The notes: generated by a model not told the origin, from the sequence alone. A stretch of 64,000 bases of DNA from Thermoplasmatota archaeon (GCA_965234725.1 CBDDUX010000007.1:1-64000), one strand, 5' to 3'. Positions 10,507 to 21,141 are shown, counted from the stretch's first letter. A program made the numbers and translations.

Positions 10507-11634
10507 ATGAAAGAGAACCGACCCAAGGTCCTGATCGGATCGCCAGTTTATCTCCCGAGGCAGGGAGGGGCCTCTACCTATTTTTCGAATCTAATGGAGA
10601 GGCTCAAGGACAGGGTGGACTTCATCGTTTACTCCTGCAGGAACGACGATGCGGAAAGGATCGAAAGCTCCGGAAACATCACAATATACAGAATACAACC
10701 ATTCCTTCTTGACTCAAATCCGATCATCAGATACCTCATACTTCCCCCTGTCACCTTCCTCCAGCTCATCTGGTTCAGGATGAAGTTCGGAAGAATGATC
10801 ATCCATGCTCATGCTTGCGGAGCCTACGGATACCTGATCTCACTGTTCTCAAAGATAACCGGTCAAGAGATGATAAAAGAGGTCCAGGACATGTCCGACC
10901 CTGCCTACAATATCCACATGGGCAAGGTCTCCAAATTCGTCTCAACCGGGACCTCGATAAGGGACCAGCTCATATCATTTGGTGTGAAGAAGGATAAGGT
11001 CATCACCTACCCCTCATTGAACCCTGAGGTCCCCAAGGATGCATTGAGAGATATCAAGCCCAGACCACATCATCACGATAGGAACATTGAACTGGTCTGC
11101 TTCAGTGCCCTCAGACCTTACAAGGGAGTGGACTACCTGCTCAGATCGATGAAGGTCCTCAAGGATAAGGACCCCTCCATTCATCTCACGATTGTGGGTG
11201 AGGGAGGCATGTGGGACGAACTGCAGGAATATATCAGAGAGAACGATCTCACCAATACAACCCTCAGGGGCTTCCTTCCGAATTATTCCGATGTCCTGAA
11301 GAAGATGGCGGATAGTGACATATTGGTCCTATCCTCGGTGTCCGACGAGGGAAATCCGAGGGTGATACTGGAATCATTCCAGTTCGAGAGGCCAGTCATT
11401 GCCACCGCTGCTGGAGGTACCCCGGAACTCATAGAGGATGGAAAGAACGGCAGGCTTATCCCAATAAAAAGACCGGACCTCTTTGCGGAGGCCATCTTGG
11501 AACTTGCCCACGATCCGGACCTCAGGGAGAAGCTCGGAAAGGGAGGCAGGAGATTCCTGGAATCCCTTCCTACCTGGAACGATCTTGCTCAGGAGATCTA
11601 CAAGGAATACAAGGATATCTGGTCAAGGATGTGA
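10507..11634 (+). CDS. Glycosyltransferase family 4 (GT-B)
   Basis: GGA..Y, KGVDYLL, EGNPRVILES..RPVIAT..GG.PELI; start 10483 or 10507. Confidence 0.92.
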   Translation: MKENRPKVLIGSPVYLPRQGGASTYFSNLMERLKDRVDFIVYSCRNDDAERIESSGNITIYRIQPFLLDSNPIIRYLILPPVTFLQLIWFRMKFGRMIIHAHACGAYGYLISLFSKITGQEMIKEVQDMSDPAYNIHMGKVSKFVSTGTSIRDQLISFGVKKDKVITYPSLNPEVPKDALRDIKPRPHHHDRNIELVCFSALRPYKGVDYLLRSMKVLKDKDPSIHLTIVGEGGMWDELQEYIRENDLTNTTLRGFLPNYSDVLKKMADSDILVLSSVSDEGNPRVILESFQFERPVIATAAGGTPELIEDGKNGRLIPIKRPDLFAEAILELAHDPDLREKLGKGGRRFLESLPTWNDLAQEIYKEYKDIWSRM

Positions 11635-11994
11635 ATCCTTCTTCCTCCATTCCTCCAGGACCGCATCACCTGCCTCCTTGAAGGCACGAGATACACCTCC
11701 CACACCCAGTTTAACACCTCCGAATATCCGAGACACCATCAAACAATGGGATCTTAGATCCTCCCTTCGGAGTATCTCTAAAAGGACCTGGCCGGGATGG
11801 CCCACCTCTCCATCGTTCTTGAAGGATTCCTCCCCATCGATCCTGAATGCAAAGCAGTGGTGGTTGGCTTTCTTGTACTTCCCTCTGTGGGACTTCAACA
11901 GTTCTTCCACCTGGCCGGGATCCTCCACTTCATACAGATGGGAGAAGAACCTGGACTTGTTGACCACCAGTTTGACGGCAGAAAGCTCCTCCAT
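11623..11994 (-). CDS. YigZ/IMPACT family protein (N-terminal domain only)
   Basis: NKSRFF, ANHHCFAFR, NDGE...G, SRIFGGVKLGVGG. Confidence 0.9.
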   Translation of the reverse strand: MEELSAVKLVVNKSRFFSHLYEVEDPGQVEELLKSHRGKYKKANHHCFAFRIDGEESFKNDGEVGHPGQVLLEILRREDLRSHCLMVSRIFGGVKLGVGGVSRAFKEAGDAVLEEWRKKDSHP

Positions 11995-12111
11995 ATGGAT
12001 GAGTAATGGTTATTGATAGAAAACGATTGTCAATGAGCCCATGTACATGTCTCCTATTCTCCCAATTCTTGGAATATATTTATCCATGATAGCTCGATTA
12101 CGGGCTCGGGA

Positions 12112-13908
12112 GTGAACAAGATGGAAGTCAAGGATAGGATCGCTGGCCTAAGGGAATTGATGAAGCAGGAGGGCATTCAAGCCTACCTGGTACCCTCGAC
12201 CGATCCGCACCACAGCGAATATTTGCCGGAATTCTGGAAGAGAAGAGAGTTCATTTCAGGTTTCACAGGGTCTGCCGGAGATGTGATCATAACCATGGAT
12301 GAAGGAGGTCTATGGACCGATGGCAGGTATTTCATACAGGCGGAGGAGCAGCTCAAAGGATCAGGGATCGACCTGTATAGGATGGGGATGCCGGATGTAC
12401 CCAAACTGGAAGATTGGGTTGCTGACAAGCTTTCCGGAGGAGGTATCCTCGGAGTGGATCCCAGACTGCTATCAATGGAATCATCGACCAAGCTCAGCAA
12501 GATCCTGTCGGAAAAAGGAGCTTCGATCAAGTACATCGAAACCAACCTTGTAGATGATATCTGGGATGACAGGCCCTCCCCATCGGAAGCTCCTCTTGAG
12601 GTCCTCTCCCTGGAATTCACAGGGGAGAGCATTGAGGACAAACTGGGAAGGATAAGGAAGAAGATGGGATCAAAGGATTGCACTTCCCATATATTGTGTT
12701 CACTGGACACCATAGCCTGGACATTCAATATGAGAGGGAAGGACATCGATTTCAATCCGGTTTTCATATCATATGCTGTGATCACCAAGGACAAGGCCCA
12801 TCTCTTCATTGATACCCGTAAAGTAACAGAAAAGGTGAAAAAACATCTGGGCGATCTGGTGGAGGTTCACCCATACCGGAATATCGCCTCTTTCCTTGAA
12901 GGGACAGCAAAGGAAGAGGAAAGGATCTGGATCGATCCTAAGACAACGAACAGATGGCTGATGATCCCCCTCGAGGGAAAGGTCAAGCTGCACAAGGATA
13001 GGTCTCCGGTCACCGACCTGAAATCAGTGAAGAACGATACCGAATTGAACGGTTTCAGGACATGCCTCGTCACTGATGGTGTCGCCATGGTCCGTTTCCT
13101 CAAATGGCTGGAAGGAGCTGTTCCAAATGGAGGCGTCACCGAACTATCTGCCTCGGCCAAGCTAGAGGGCTTCAGAAAAGAGGGAAAGGATTTCGTAGGA
13201 CTCTCCTTCACCACCATCGCAGGATATGCGGAACACGGTGCGATAGTACACTATGATCCTACACCCGAATCAGACGTTGAACTGAAACCTCAGGGAATAT
13301 TCCTCCTTGATTCGGGAGCACAGTATCTGACCGGAACCACCGATATCACGAGGACCGTCACATTGGGAGAGCCAACCGATGAGCAGAAGGAGATGTTCAC
13401 CAGGGTCCTCAAAGGCCACATCGGTATTGCAACATTGAAGTTCCCCAAGGGTTTCTGTGGAAAACAGCTGGAACTGCCCGCAAGGAAATCGCTCTGGGAT
13501 GTGGGCAGGAACTACAATCATGGCACTGGCCATGGCGTGGGCCATTACCTGAATGTACACGAAGGACCCATGGGCATCACTCCCAGGGACATCGGGGTGC
13601 CACTCCTTGAGGGGAATGTTCTATCGAACGAACCCGGGTACTACAAGGAAGGCGAGTACGGCATCAGAATAGAGAACCTGATAGTCGTCAGGAAGGATGA
13701 GAAGCTCTCATCTCCGAACCTGGAGTTCCTCGGCTTCGAGACCATAACGTTCTGCCCCATCGACAGGGACCTTATCAAGAGGGAGATAATGACAGAAGAA
13801 GAGGTCCTGTGGCTGAACGATTATCACAGGCAGGTATTCGAGAAACTATCCCCCCATCTGGATGCGGAGCATAAGGAATGGCTCAAGGAGAAGACAGGGG
13901 AGATATGA
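12112..13908 (+). CDS. pepP: Xaa-Pro aminopeptidase (M24B, long form)
   Basis: DPHHSEY, FTGSAG, WTDGRY, DSGAQY..GTTDITRT, HGTGHGVG..LNVHEGP, SNEPGYY, GIRIEN; start 12112 (GTG) or 12121 (ATG). Confidence 0.95.
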   Translation: MNKMEVKDRIAGLRELMKQEGIQAYLVPSTDPHHSEYLPEFWKRREFISGFTGSAGDVIITMDEGGLWTDGRYFIQAEEQLKGSGIDLYRMGMPDVPKLEDWVADKLSGGGILGVDPRLLSMESSTKLSKILSEKGASIKYIETNLVDDIWDDRPSPSEAPLEVLSLEFTGESIEDKLGRIRKKMGSKDCTSHILCSLDTIAWTFNMRGKDIDFNPVFISYAVITKDKAHLFIDTRKVTEKVKKHLGDLVEVHPYRNIASFLEGTAKEEERIWIDPKTTNRWLMIPLEGKVKLHKDRSPVTDLKSVKNDTELNGFRTCLVTDGVAMVRFLKWLEGAVPNGGVTELSASAKLEGFRKEGKDFVGLSFTTIAGYAEHGAIVHYDPTPESDVELKPQGIFLLDSGAQYLTGTTDITRTVTLGEPTDEQKEMFTRVLKGHIGIATLKFPKGFCGKQLELPARKSLWDVGRNYNHGTGHGVGHYLNVHEGPMGITPRDIGVPLLEGNVLSNEPGYYKEGEYGIRIENLIVVRKDEKLSSPNLEFLGFETITFCPIDRDLIKREIMTEEEVLWLNDYHRQVFEKLSPHLDAEHKEWLKEKTGEI

Positions 13909-13909
13909 A

Positions 13910-14143
13910 ATGGAAGAGGGATCCTGGATGGATGACCTCTACAACGAGATCTTCGAATCCAGACTGGAATATCTGTTGAAAAGAAGGGAAAAGGACCCGT
14001 CCTTCACAAGGGAGGATATGGAGAAGATCCTTTCTGCGGAATACTGTAAACAGGACCTTGCCTGGGCCGGCAAGTCACCGGTCCAGGAGATCACAGATTC
14101 CGCTACAATAGCTGCCTATGAGCATTTCCTCACCCAGTGGTGA
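13910..14143 (+). CDS. Small hypothetical protein
   Basis: ATG 1 nt after the pepP stop; helical 77-aa ORF. Confidence 0.6.
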   Translation: MEEGSWMDDLYNEIFESRLEYLLKRREKDPSFTREDMEKILSAEYCKQDLAWAGKSPVQEITDSATIAAYEHFLTQW

Positions 14144-14232
14144 ACCCTGCCAATTAGAATGAAAACAGGATCTCTTCTTTCTTATTTGACCGTGCAAGTC
14201 ATGATCTTGATTTTGTCGTCACGTTCGGGCAA

Positions 14233-14271
14233 CCCCCCCCCCTGCTTCAGCTTATGAAGCAGATTATCGAT
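14233..14271 (+). promoter_or_regulatory. C10 run, 8-bp-arm palindrome CTGCTTCA-N5-TGAAGCAG and TATA-like TTATCGAT upstream of inactive RadA gene
   Basis: C run 14233-14242, arms 14242-14249 and 14255-14262, TTATCGAT 14264-14271, ATG at 14297. Confidence 0.45.
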
Positions 14272-14296
14272 GTTTTGCATCCCCCGAGGTTCAACC

Positions 14297-14983
14297 ATGG
14301 AAAACGCTGAGTCAGATGGCATGCTCTTGACCGGGTTCACCATCTTCGACGATCTTTTCGGACCATTCACTAAAGGCGACATACACCTTCTGGTAGGAAG
14401 GACTGACCTGACCTACAGCCTTATGGACAGATTGATAGTCAATGCTGCCTGGAAAGGGGATGCAGCCTACTACATAGACGGAGGCCACCGTGCCGATCCT
14501 TTCGCCATGGCAAGGGTCCTGAGGATGAAGAGGACCGACCCTCGTGGAATCCTTCAACGGGTGATGATAGCCAGGGCCTTCACAGCCTATCAGATGGATT
14601 CCCTCATCAACGGAAGCCTTATCGAGCTATCCGAGGCCCCTCCTCTCCTCATGATATCAGCTGTTGACAGGCTGTTCTCGGACCCTGAAGTGGAAGCGGA
14701 AGCTGCCAAGGGAATGATGAAGAACTGCTTGGAGACACTGGACAAGATGGCAGCCAGAGGGTCCTGCGTGGTGATAGCTGCTTACGGCGGGAGCAGAGGG
14801 AGTGACCTGATGCCCATGATCACCCCGCACTGCTCAAACTGGGTGTCACTTCGGAACAGGCAGAAGGGGAGGATAAGGATGATAGCAAAGGGAGGCAGGT
14901 GGACGGACATATCCCCCATCCATCCGTACCAGACCATGATAGACGACTTCTGGTCCGGTCAGGTGATGTCGGAGGCGGTATGA
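14297..14983 (+). CDS. Inactivated RadA/RecA-fold protein of the PolB2 cluster (iRadA, ImuA-analogous)
   Basis: TGF..FDDLFG, no Walker A Lys, YIDGG..ADP, IARAFTAYQM, C-terminal QTMIDDF (PIP-like). Confidence 0.82.
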   Translation: MENAESDGMLLTGFTIFDDLFGPFTKGDIHLLVGRTDLTYSLMDRLIVNAAWKGDAAYYIDGGHRADPFAMARVLRMKRTDPRGILQRVMIARAFTAYQMDSLINGSLIELSEAPPLLMISAVDRLFSDPEVEAEAAKGMMKNCLETLDKMAARGSCVVIAAYGGSRGSDLMPMITPHCSNWVSLRNRQKGRIRMIAKGGRWTDISPIHPYQTMIDDFWSGQVMSEAV

Positions 14984-15219
14984 TGGGGAAGACCTGCCCG
15001 ACTTACCGGATGCTCCTTGAAGATGAGATCAGGTCCTGGGAGGCATTCAGGAGAGCTCTGCGGAAGGAGGACCGGGAGGCATTCGATCGGTTGATGAACA
15101 GGGTGAGGATGCATTCCTCCGCTTCCTCGAACGTGGCAAGATTGAATCCGTTCGAGGCCCTCGTGATGGCGGCACTGGTGGACATGATGAGGGACCGGAT
15201 GGACAATGAGATTAGTTGA
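14980..15219 (+). CDS. Small helical PolB2-associated protein (arCOG07300-like)
   Basis: MGKT.PTYR..LE.E...W..FRRALR.EDREAFD.L...R.H signature; ATGA overlap with iRadA; GGAGG RBS. Confidence 0.85.
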   Translation: MMGKTCPTYRMLLEDEIRSWEAFRRALRKEDREAFDRLMNRVRMHSSASSNVARLNPFEALVMAALVDMMRDRMDNEIS

Positions 15220-15628
15220 TATTGTTCACCTGTGATTAGTGAGCAATCCGGACTGAAAGATGCATAGGTTTCGTCACGGGAGAGGACCTCGGAAGTGAAT
15301 CGATCTTGACTGAAAACCTTAAATCCTTATCAAATAATGGGACCTTGGAAATGAAAAGAAATGAAACCCAAAGGGGTGGAATTATATTTCCGAGTATGGA
15401 CGAAGAAGGCAAAGTTGACCCTCGTAACCGTAAGTGTTTTTTCGTAGTTGAATACCTATTATTATTAATCCCTTTCATCCCTCGACTTCTTGTCTTTTCC
15501 TACGTGATATGCACTTGCGGCCTTAATCACATCAGACCTGAGGCACTTCGGAGCAATGATATTACAGATAACCTCTGAAACGATACCTCTGCAATTAGGA
15601 GGTTACACAGACCAGGGAGGAACAACAA

Positions 15629-15943
15629 ATGAAAATATTTGATTTGAAGAATATCCATCGGGGATCAAAAGGTGAAGAGAAGAGTGTTATGCTTTTTCAA
15701 AGGGAGGAAACTAAATTGCGGACAATCATTCTGGGACCAGGAGAGGAGATACCACCCTGCGATATGAAAACATATGTGATATTTCATGTTATCAATGGCA
15801 GTGTGGAGATCACAGTTAACAATGAGACACATTCGCTATCCGAGGGGTTCTGCCTAACAACCGAGCCAGCCACCATCTCGATTCGGTCAGCTAATGGTTC
15901 CAGATTGCTTGGTATACAGATATCGAATCGAGAGATGAAATAA
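15629..15943 (+). CDS. Cupin-domain protein
   Basis: LGPGEEIPP, FHVINGSVEITVN, LLGIQI; GGAGG RBS. Confidence 0.8.
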   Translation: MKIFDLKNIHRGSKGEEKSVMLFQREETKLRTIILGPGEEIPPCDMKTYVIFHVINGSVEITVNNETHSLSEGFCLTTEPATISIRSANGSRLLGIQISNREMK

Positions 15944-16080
15944 TACTTGAAATAAAATCCTCTCGGTCCGAAAGGATTACTACACCACCATCGAGGTAGA
16001 CATGAGAAGAGTGTAAATGGTAAATTAACATGACTAAAAGAGAGAAATGGATTAAAGAAAGTCTAAATGGAGATCTGAAT

Positions 16081-17421
16081 ATGAAACATGGGAGAGGAAC
16101 AATACCGATCATTCTTTTGCTATTGATAATATTTTTAATGACATCACTAACCGAATCCCTTGGAATTCATGACTCTGATTACGGAAGAATTGAACATGTC
16201 GGTTCCATGATACAACCCCGATTTAATCATACAGCCACGACCCTTCAAAACGGAAAGGTACTTGTTACAGGGGGGACAGAAACCGGGTATGATTCTTTGA
16301 ACTCTCCGGAGATGTTCGATCCCAATATCAAAGAATGGTACGCGATCGAGCCCATGCACTACAGCAGAATGAGACACACATCCACACTGCTTCCTTCCGG
16401 CAAGGTTCTGATTGCAGGCGGATACCAGGGCAATGGTATTGGACATCCTTCTGGTTTTTATTCCTACAATGGGCGTGGAAATTTTTCGCTTGATAGGTGC
16501 GAGGTTTTCGATCCGGTATTGGAAACGTTCTCATTGGTCTCCCCTATGAAATTTGGTAGATTCTGGCAGACATCTGTTCTAATGGATGATGGAAGGGTCC
16601 TTATGATTGGTGGTGTGAATGTCACCCATAATGGTCTGACATCTTGTGAAATCTACGATCCAGACAATGACACATGGGAAGATATAGGTTCATTGAACGA
16701 ACCGCGGGCCAGGTTCACTGCGACATTATTGAGCAACGGCTCAGTAATCATTACTGGCGGACATAACGGTACATTCAAGGAACCGCTTTCGACCTGTGAG
16801 GTTTATGTTCCATCCAAGGATAAGTGGTTCAATATCGCTCCAATGAACAATGCCAGGGGATTCCATTCCGCTATCGAACTCCATGATGGTAGAATAATGG
16901 TATCTGGGGGATTTGCAGGACCCAATGTTTCCGATCAATCCGGTGCAGAGATCTACGATCTTGAGACCGATATCTGGACAGTGACCGGATCATTGAACAC
17001 TCCAAGACACAGCCATTTCATGGTACCAATAGGATCGGAGGGTATAATCGCCTATGGCGGTTCTTCTTGCACAGAATTTTATTGCACAGTATCAGGTCTT
17101 GAGTACTATGATTTTAAAACGGAAGAATGGATGGAAACTTATATATTAGTACTTGGAAGGAAATGGCCAGCAGATGCTGTATTATCCGATGGGAATGTAT
17201 TGATCTGCGGAGGACAGACCTGTATCGTGGCCGATGATACTACTGACATATACCATCTACCCGATAGAAGAAATACCGAAGAAAATGATCTCAATTTATC
17301 GTTTGAAGTTGTGGTGATTGGTGTAATCGCGGTTTTTATTCTGATATCGATCCTCATAAGAGTTATAATAACAAGAAAGTTAAAAAAGAGTGGATCTGAA
17401 GATATCGAACATAATAAGTGA
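16081..17421 (+). CDS. Secreted, C-terminally anchored Kelch-repeat beta-propeller
   Basis: About 6-7 repeats of R..HTATLL.GKVLV.GG...E.YDP...W; signal peptide; C-terminal TM; start 16030 or 16081. Confidence 0.88.
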   Translation: MKHGRGTIPIILLLLIIFLMTSLTESLGIHDSDYGRIEHVGSMIQPRFNHTATTLQNGKVLVTGGTETGYDSLNSPEMFDPNIKEWYAIEPMHYSRMRHTSTLLPSGKVLIAGGYQGNGIGHPSGFYSYNGRGNFSLDRCEVFDPVLETFSLVSPMKFGRFWQTSVLMDDGRVLMIGGVNVTHNGLTSCEIYDPDNDTWEDIGSLNEPRARFTATLLSNGSVIITGGHNGTFKEPLSTCEVYVPSKDKWFNIAPMNNARGFHSAIELHDGRIMVSGGFAGPNVSDQSGAEIYDLETDIWTVTGSLNTPRHSHFMVPIGSEGIIAYGGSSCTEFYCTVSGLEYYDFKTEEWMETYILVLGRKWPADAVLSDGNVLICGGQTCIVADDTTDIYHLPDRRNTEENDLNLSFEVVVIGVIAVFILISILIRVIITRKLKKSGSEDIEHNK

Positions 17422-17466
17422 TACCAGCCTGATGCGAAAGGCAGTTCTCAAATGTTCTTAAGGAGC

Positions 17467-18885
17467 TCACCATAATTTAATCCCGAAGAATCTTATTGTA
17501 AATATCATCCCCATCACAATCACGATGATACCGAAAATGATCTTCACAAGATTTCCAGCTTTGACAAATTTCTGTGTCAATCGTGCAGAGAACGATCTTG
17601 TTCCAATTGCAAGTGGTATGAATATCATCCCATGACCGATGCCAAAAACGAAGAAAAGAAATCCTCCCATAATGATCGAGATATCCTGAGAAATGATCCA
17701 TACAACTACCGGCAGGACCAGGGAAACAGCACAAGGTGCCCATCCAAGTGAGAAAAAGATCCCAAGCAGAAATGCCCCTACCATCGGCGACTTTGTAAAT
17801 ACTCCTTTCAATCCCAGTATCGACCTCTCTTTAATGGTCTTCTTTGGTTCATCATCATCAATTTCTTTCCTAGCCTTTCCTTTGATAACATTATCTTTGA
17901 TATCGCCTATTCTATCGGTGAGTGAGAATATATTGTTCAATCCAAGGATAACGAGGATTGCACCGGCACCAAGATCGAAATATCTGGCACCTTGAAGAAA
18001 TACACCGGCCTGTGCAATGAATAGACCAAGGATGAAAAAGATTATGGCCATTCCTAGAACGAATGATACTCCGATCAGGAAACCTTCTTTGGAAGCTTTC
18101 TCCTTCTGGTTCTTCTGCATTTCAGCATTTTCTGATGTATTCCTTGATGAAACGATGAAGGTGAATACCGTAAATAGAAGTGCTATCGAACATGGTGAGA
18201 ATGAGGTGATGATTCCCAGGACAAACATCCCGAGAAATGAACCCCCGCCTATCGAACTCTTCTGTCCCTCAACTCCGACCCATTCATCGTTCCTAATCTT
18301 CTCGGCTTTCTCTATCATCTCCTCTGAAGTTTGTATTCCGTCAACCTTCCCCTTCCCCATTTGATATACATGATAGATGCCAACGATATACTGCTCCTCA
18401 TCCAGGAGAAGAATGGTTGGATTGGCACTTTCAGAGCCGATGCTCCAGAAATCAACGTAATCTCCCGAGATCCTATAGGGTTCATGGTCTTCGATCCATA
18501 TCCATGTAACATTCACGCCCCACCATTCCTTGGCGAGTTCATATCCAGGTTCAGAGTACTGGTTCTTTCTCATGTTGATCGTGATGATAGTGATATTCGA
18601 TTCATCGATAGCCAATTTCCTGATCTCAAGGACCTGTTCCTCTAATTCGACCTCACATTCAAGACAGAGAGGATTTTCGATGCTTGTGAAGTGTAGAATA
18701 ACCGGATCACCTGCCAGATCTCTCAGTGAAGTTGCATTGACATCAGGTATGTCGATTTCGAAATCGGGAGCCATCTCCTTTTCGGTCCTGATATCGGACC
18801 AGAATAGATAACCTGCCAATCCAATAAAGAATACGATCAGAATAGCAACCGCAAGAAAACCGAACATCCTGTTTTTCAATGCCAT
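17467..18885 (-). CDS. Redoxin domain fused to CcdA/DsbD-beta transmembrane electron-transfer domain
   Basis: APDF, CLEC, then FSPCS and WAPCA Cys pair in a 6-7 TM domain. Confidence 0.85.
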   Translation of the reverse strand: MALKNRMFGFLAVAILIVFFIGLAGYLFWSDIRTEKEMAPDFEIDIPDVNATSLRDLAGDPVILHFTSIENPLCLECEVELEEQVLEIRKLAIDESNITIITINMRKNQYSEPGYELAKEWWGVNVTWIWIEDHEPYRISGDYVDFWSIGSESANPTILLLDEEQYIVGIYHVYQMGKGKVDGIQTSEEMIEKAEKIRNDEWVGVEGQKSSIGGGSFLGMFVLGIITSFSPCSIALLFTVFTFIVSSRNTSENAEMQKNQKEKASKEGFLIGVSFVLGMAIIFFILGLFIAQAGVFLQGARYFDLGAGAILVILGLNNIFSLTDRIGDIKDNVIKGKARKEIDDDEPKKTIKERSILGLKGVFTKSPMVGAFLLGIFFSLGWAPCAVSLVLPVVVWIISQDISIIMGGFLFFVFGIGHGMIFIPLAIGTRSFSARLTQKFVKAGNLVKIIFGIIVIVMGMIFTIRFFGIKLW

Positions 18886-18886
18886 G

Positions 18887-19972
18887 CTATGAACTCCATT
18901 CCTCAACGTACTTATCATGATAGAAGATTGCATCCTTCACGTATCTTATGAGCCAATCATCCCCGGTGGCTCCCTCAGCACTGTGCCAGACTATTTGAAT
19001 AGGTGAATTATCTGTCTTAATGATCGTTAGCAGAATTGTTGATGGGATGTGATTTTGAGAATCATTCGGGTCATAGAGCCTCATTATATCATTGGTCCTT
19101 TTGTCCACCCCGGATATAAGGTCAACTATCTGGATCTTTTCACCGTATTCCTGTTCTATCATTTCGACAGATCGTTGCTGCTCGATACAGGGTATGCATC
19201 TTGTGCTATGTCCCAAAATCAAGATGGAACCATTTTCGAGCATGTCAACAAGCCATCTTGGGTGAATGGGAGTGCTTCCATATAGGGAATGTTGTTTTGG
19301 ATATGATGCCCACCATTGATGTTCCAGCTGACCTTCTTCGGAGGAGGGTATATAATCTTCCAACCAATCTTCACTTGGTTCTTCACAGTTGATCGATCTG
19401 ATCTTGTCAATTATTTCTTGATATGAAAGAATGCTCATTTCCGTGCCATTTCCAGGGATTCTCATTTGAAATATGTAGGAGATGTTATGATCCCAATCAA
19501 GAAAGATCAAGGTTTGATCGCCATGTTCAGTCAGAACATCGTAGTAATTCCGACAGTTTTCAGGTATCGAAGCTGACACCGGATTGTCCACCCATGACCA
19601 GGATATATTCAAATCAAATCCATTCTCAATATATTCCTTTCCGGAGGGGATATCCGAATTGTTGAGCCTACAAATTGTAAAGATAACGATATCATCCGCT
19701 TCTGATCCTATCCTGGATAATTCCAGGATCTGTTGGGTATTAACGGATTGTGCGCCATGATCGATCACGTTATCGAGGAACAACAGGTGGATGATTACAG
19801 GAGAACCAATATGATCATCCAATAAGGAGTTTTCAATTTCCTGGTCCTGATCATCATTACCAACCTTGTCTCTAAGAGTAAATGAAATGAGAATTCCTGC
19901 TAGGATCAGCAGGATTAATGCACTTGCAATGATGATCGATATTCGTTTAGATACCAAATCGATCAGCTCCAA
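18887..19972 (-). CDS. Membrane-anchored thioredoxin-like protein (degenerate redoxin domain + CIPC domain)
   Basis: N-terminal TM; HSTRCIPCIEQQ; cis-Pro-like IPST; paralog of the next gene. Confidence 0.75.
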   Translation of the reverse strand: MELIDLVSKRISIIIASALILLILAGILISFTLRDKVGNDDQDQEIENSLLDDHIGSPVIIHLLFLDNVIDHGAQSVNTQQILELSRIGSEADDIVIFTICRLNNSDIPSGKEYIENGFDLNISWSWVDNPVSASIPENCRNYYDVLTEHGDQTLIFLDWDHNISYIFQMRIPGNGTEMSILSYQEIIDKIRSINCEEPSEDWLEDYIPSSEEGQLEHQWWASYPKQHSLYGSTPIHPRWLVDMLENGSILILGHSTRCIPCIEQQRSVEMIEQEYGEKIQIVDLISGVDKRTNDIMRLYDPNDSQNHIPSTILLTIIKTDNSPIQIVWHSAEGATGDDWLIRYVKDAIFYHDKYVEEWSS

Positions 19973-20778
19973 TCTTCAATATTCTGGTGATGGTAATAAA
20001 TTGCATCTTTCACATAATTTGTAAGCCATTCCCCTCCTGTCGCTCCTTCCGTGCCATGCCAACCTATCCTCTCATTTCCGAAGCTGTCCTCAACAATAGT
20101 GATGATTATGGTCAAAGGGATATAATTCGGAGATCCGTTTGGATCGTAGATCTTGAAAACCTCGGAAGCTCTGGCATCGACACCGGATAGATAATCAAAA
20201 AGGTAAATATCATCACCATAGTTCTTCATGATCCCATCCACACTTTCCTGCTGTTCAATGCATGGCATGCAATTATCACTATGGGCGAATACTATGATTG
20301 GTCCATCTGTCAATTTCTCTTTTATCCATGATAGGTGGTTCACCACCACCCCACTATCCGGATTCTGGTTTGGATATGAGGTCCACCAATCATCATCGGA
20401 TGATCCTACACTTTCCTTTGGAGAATAGGTGTCTAACCAGCCTTCGGAGGGTTGTTCAACGTTGGTATCGACATCTCCCTTATCAGAAGTTGTCAGCAAA
20501 TAAATGCCTGACGTGAGTATTACTGCAATAACAACTGCCAAAACCAACAATGGTACCACATCTTTTCTGCCCTTTTCTCTTTTCACCATTTTCACATCGT
20601 GTACCTTTCCCAGATGATTTTCCAGATTGTGTGATTTGAGGTCTTCATGACATTTAGGACATTTGATCCATTCCGTATCCAACAGGCTGGTATCCACTTC
20701 AAAGGTTTCCCTTTTTTTTCGTGATTGGCTCTGTTTCTTTACCTTGTTCGCATATTTGCTCAAGGTTCCCACATCCAT
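19963..20778 (-). CDS. Zinc-finger + TM + thioredoxin-like (CMPC) protein
   Basis: CPKC..L..H...H C2H2 motif, TM, HSDNCMPCIEQQ, YIPLT. Confidence 0.78.
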   Translation of the reverse strand: MDVGTLSKYANKVKKQSQSRKKRETFEVDTSLLDTEWIKCPKCHEDLKSHNLENHLGKVHDVKMVKREKGRKDVVPLLVLAVVIAVILTSGIYLLTTSDKGDVDTNVEQPSEGWLDTYSPKESVGSSDDDWWTSYPNQNPDSGVVVNHLSWIKEKLTDGPIIVFAHSDNCMPCIEQQESVDGIMKNYGDDIYLFDYLSGVDARASEVFKIYDPNGSPNYIPLTIIITIVEDSFGNERIGWHGTEGATGGEWLTNYVKDAIYYHHQNIEDWS

Positions 20779-20781
20779 CTT

Positions 20782-21018
20782 TTAGCTCTTCTTGATGAGT
20801 GCCCTGATCTCATCAACGTTCGATGTCTTACCTGCAAACACGATCTTTCCGTTAATTGCAAGGGCAGGAGTCATCATAACTCCCCTGTTCATAATCTCGG
20901 TGATATCCTCGACCTTCTTCACATCGGCTTTGACCTTCAATTCCTTCACCGCTTTCTGAACGTGCTTTTCCAGCCTCTTGCATTTCGCACATCCGGTTCC
21001 GAATATCTCAATTTTCAT
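20782..21018 (-). CDS. Small redox-active disulfide protein (MTH895/Thioredoxin_3 family)
   Basis: MKIEIFGTGCAKC, GVMMTPALAING. Confidence 0.93.
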   Translation of the reverse strand: MKIEIFGTGCAKCKRLEKHVQKAVKELKVKADVKKVEDITEIMNRGVMMTPALAINGKIVFAGKTSNVDEIRALIKKS

Positions 21019-21074
21019 TTTTTCACCTCAATCTGGAGTCAAGCCCTCCAAAACCTGGCTTGATAAATGCCCAT

Positions 21075-21141
21075 TTCAATTTTTTTTGAACAGATTAACA
21101 GTTGCTAAGATATATTTCTTGTGGTTTCAATTTTTTTTGAA
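21075..21141 (-). promoter_or_regulatory. Double TTCAA-N6-TTGAA operator flanking a TATA-like box (thioredoxin operon)
   Basis: Palindromes at 21075-21090 and 21126-21141; GATATAT between them. Confidence 0.75.

Noticed and set aside
15236-15578. ORFs 15236..15478 (-) and 15306..15578 (+), and a possible riboswitch before the cupin gene
   Set aside because: No recognisable protein motifs; the short hairpins match no RNA family I can recognise.
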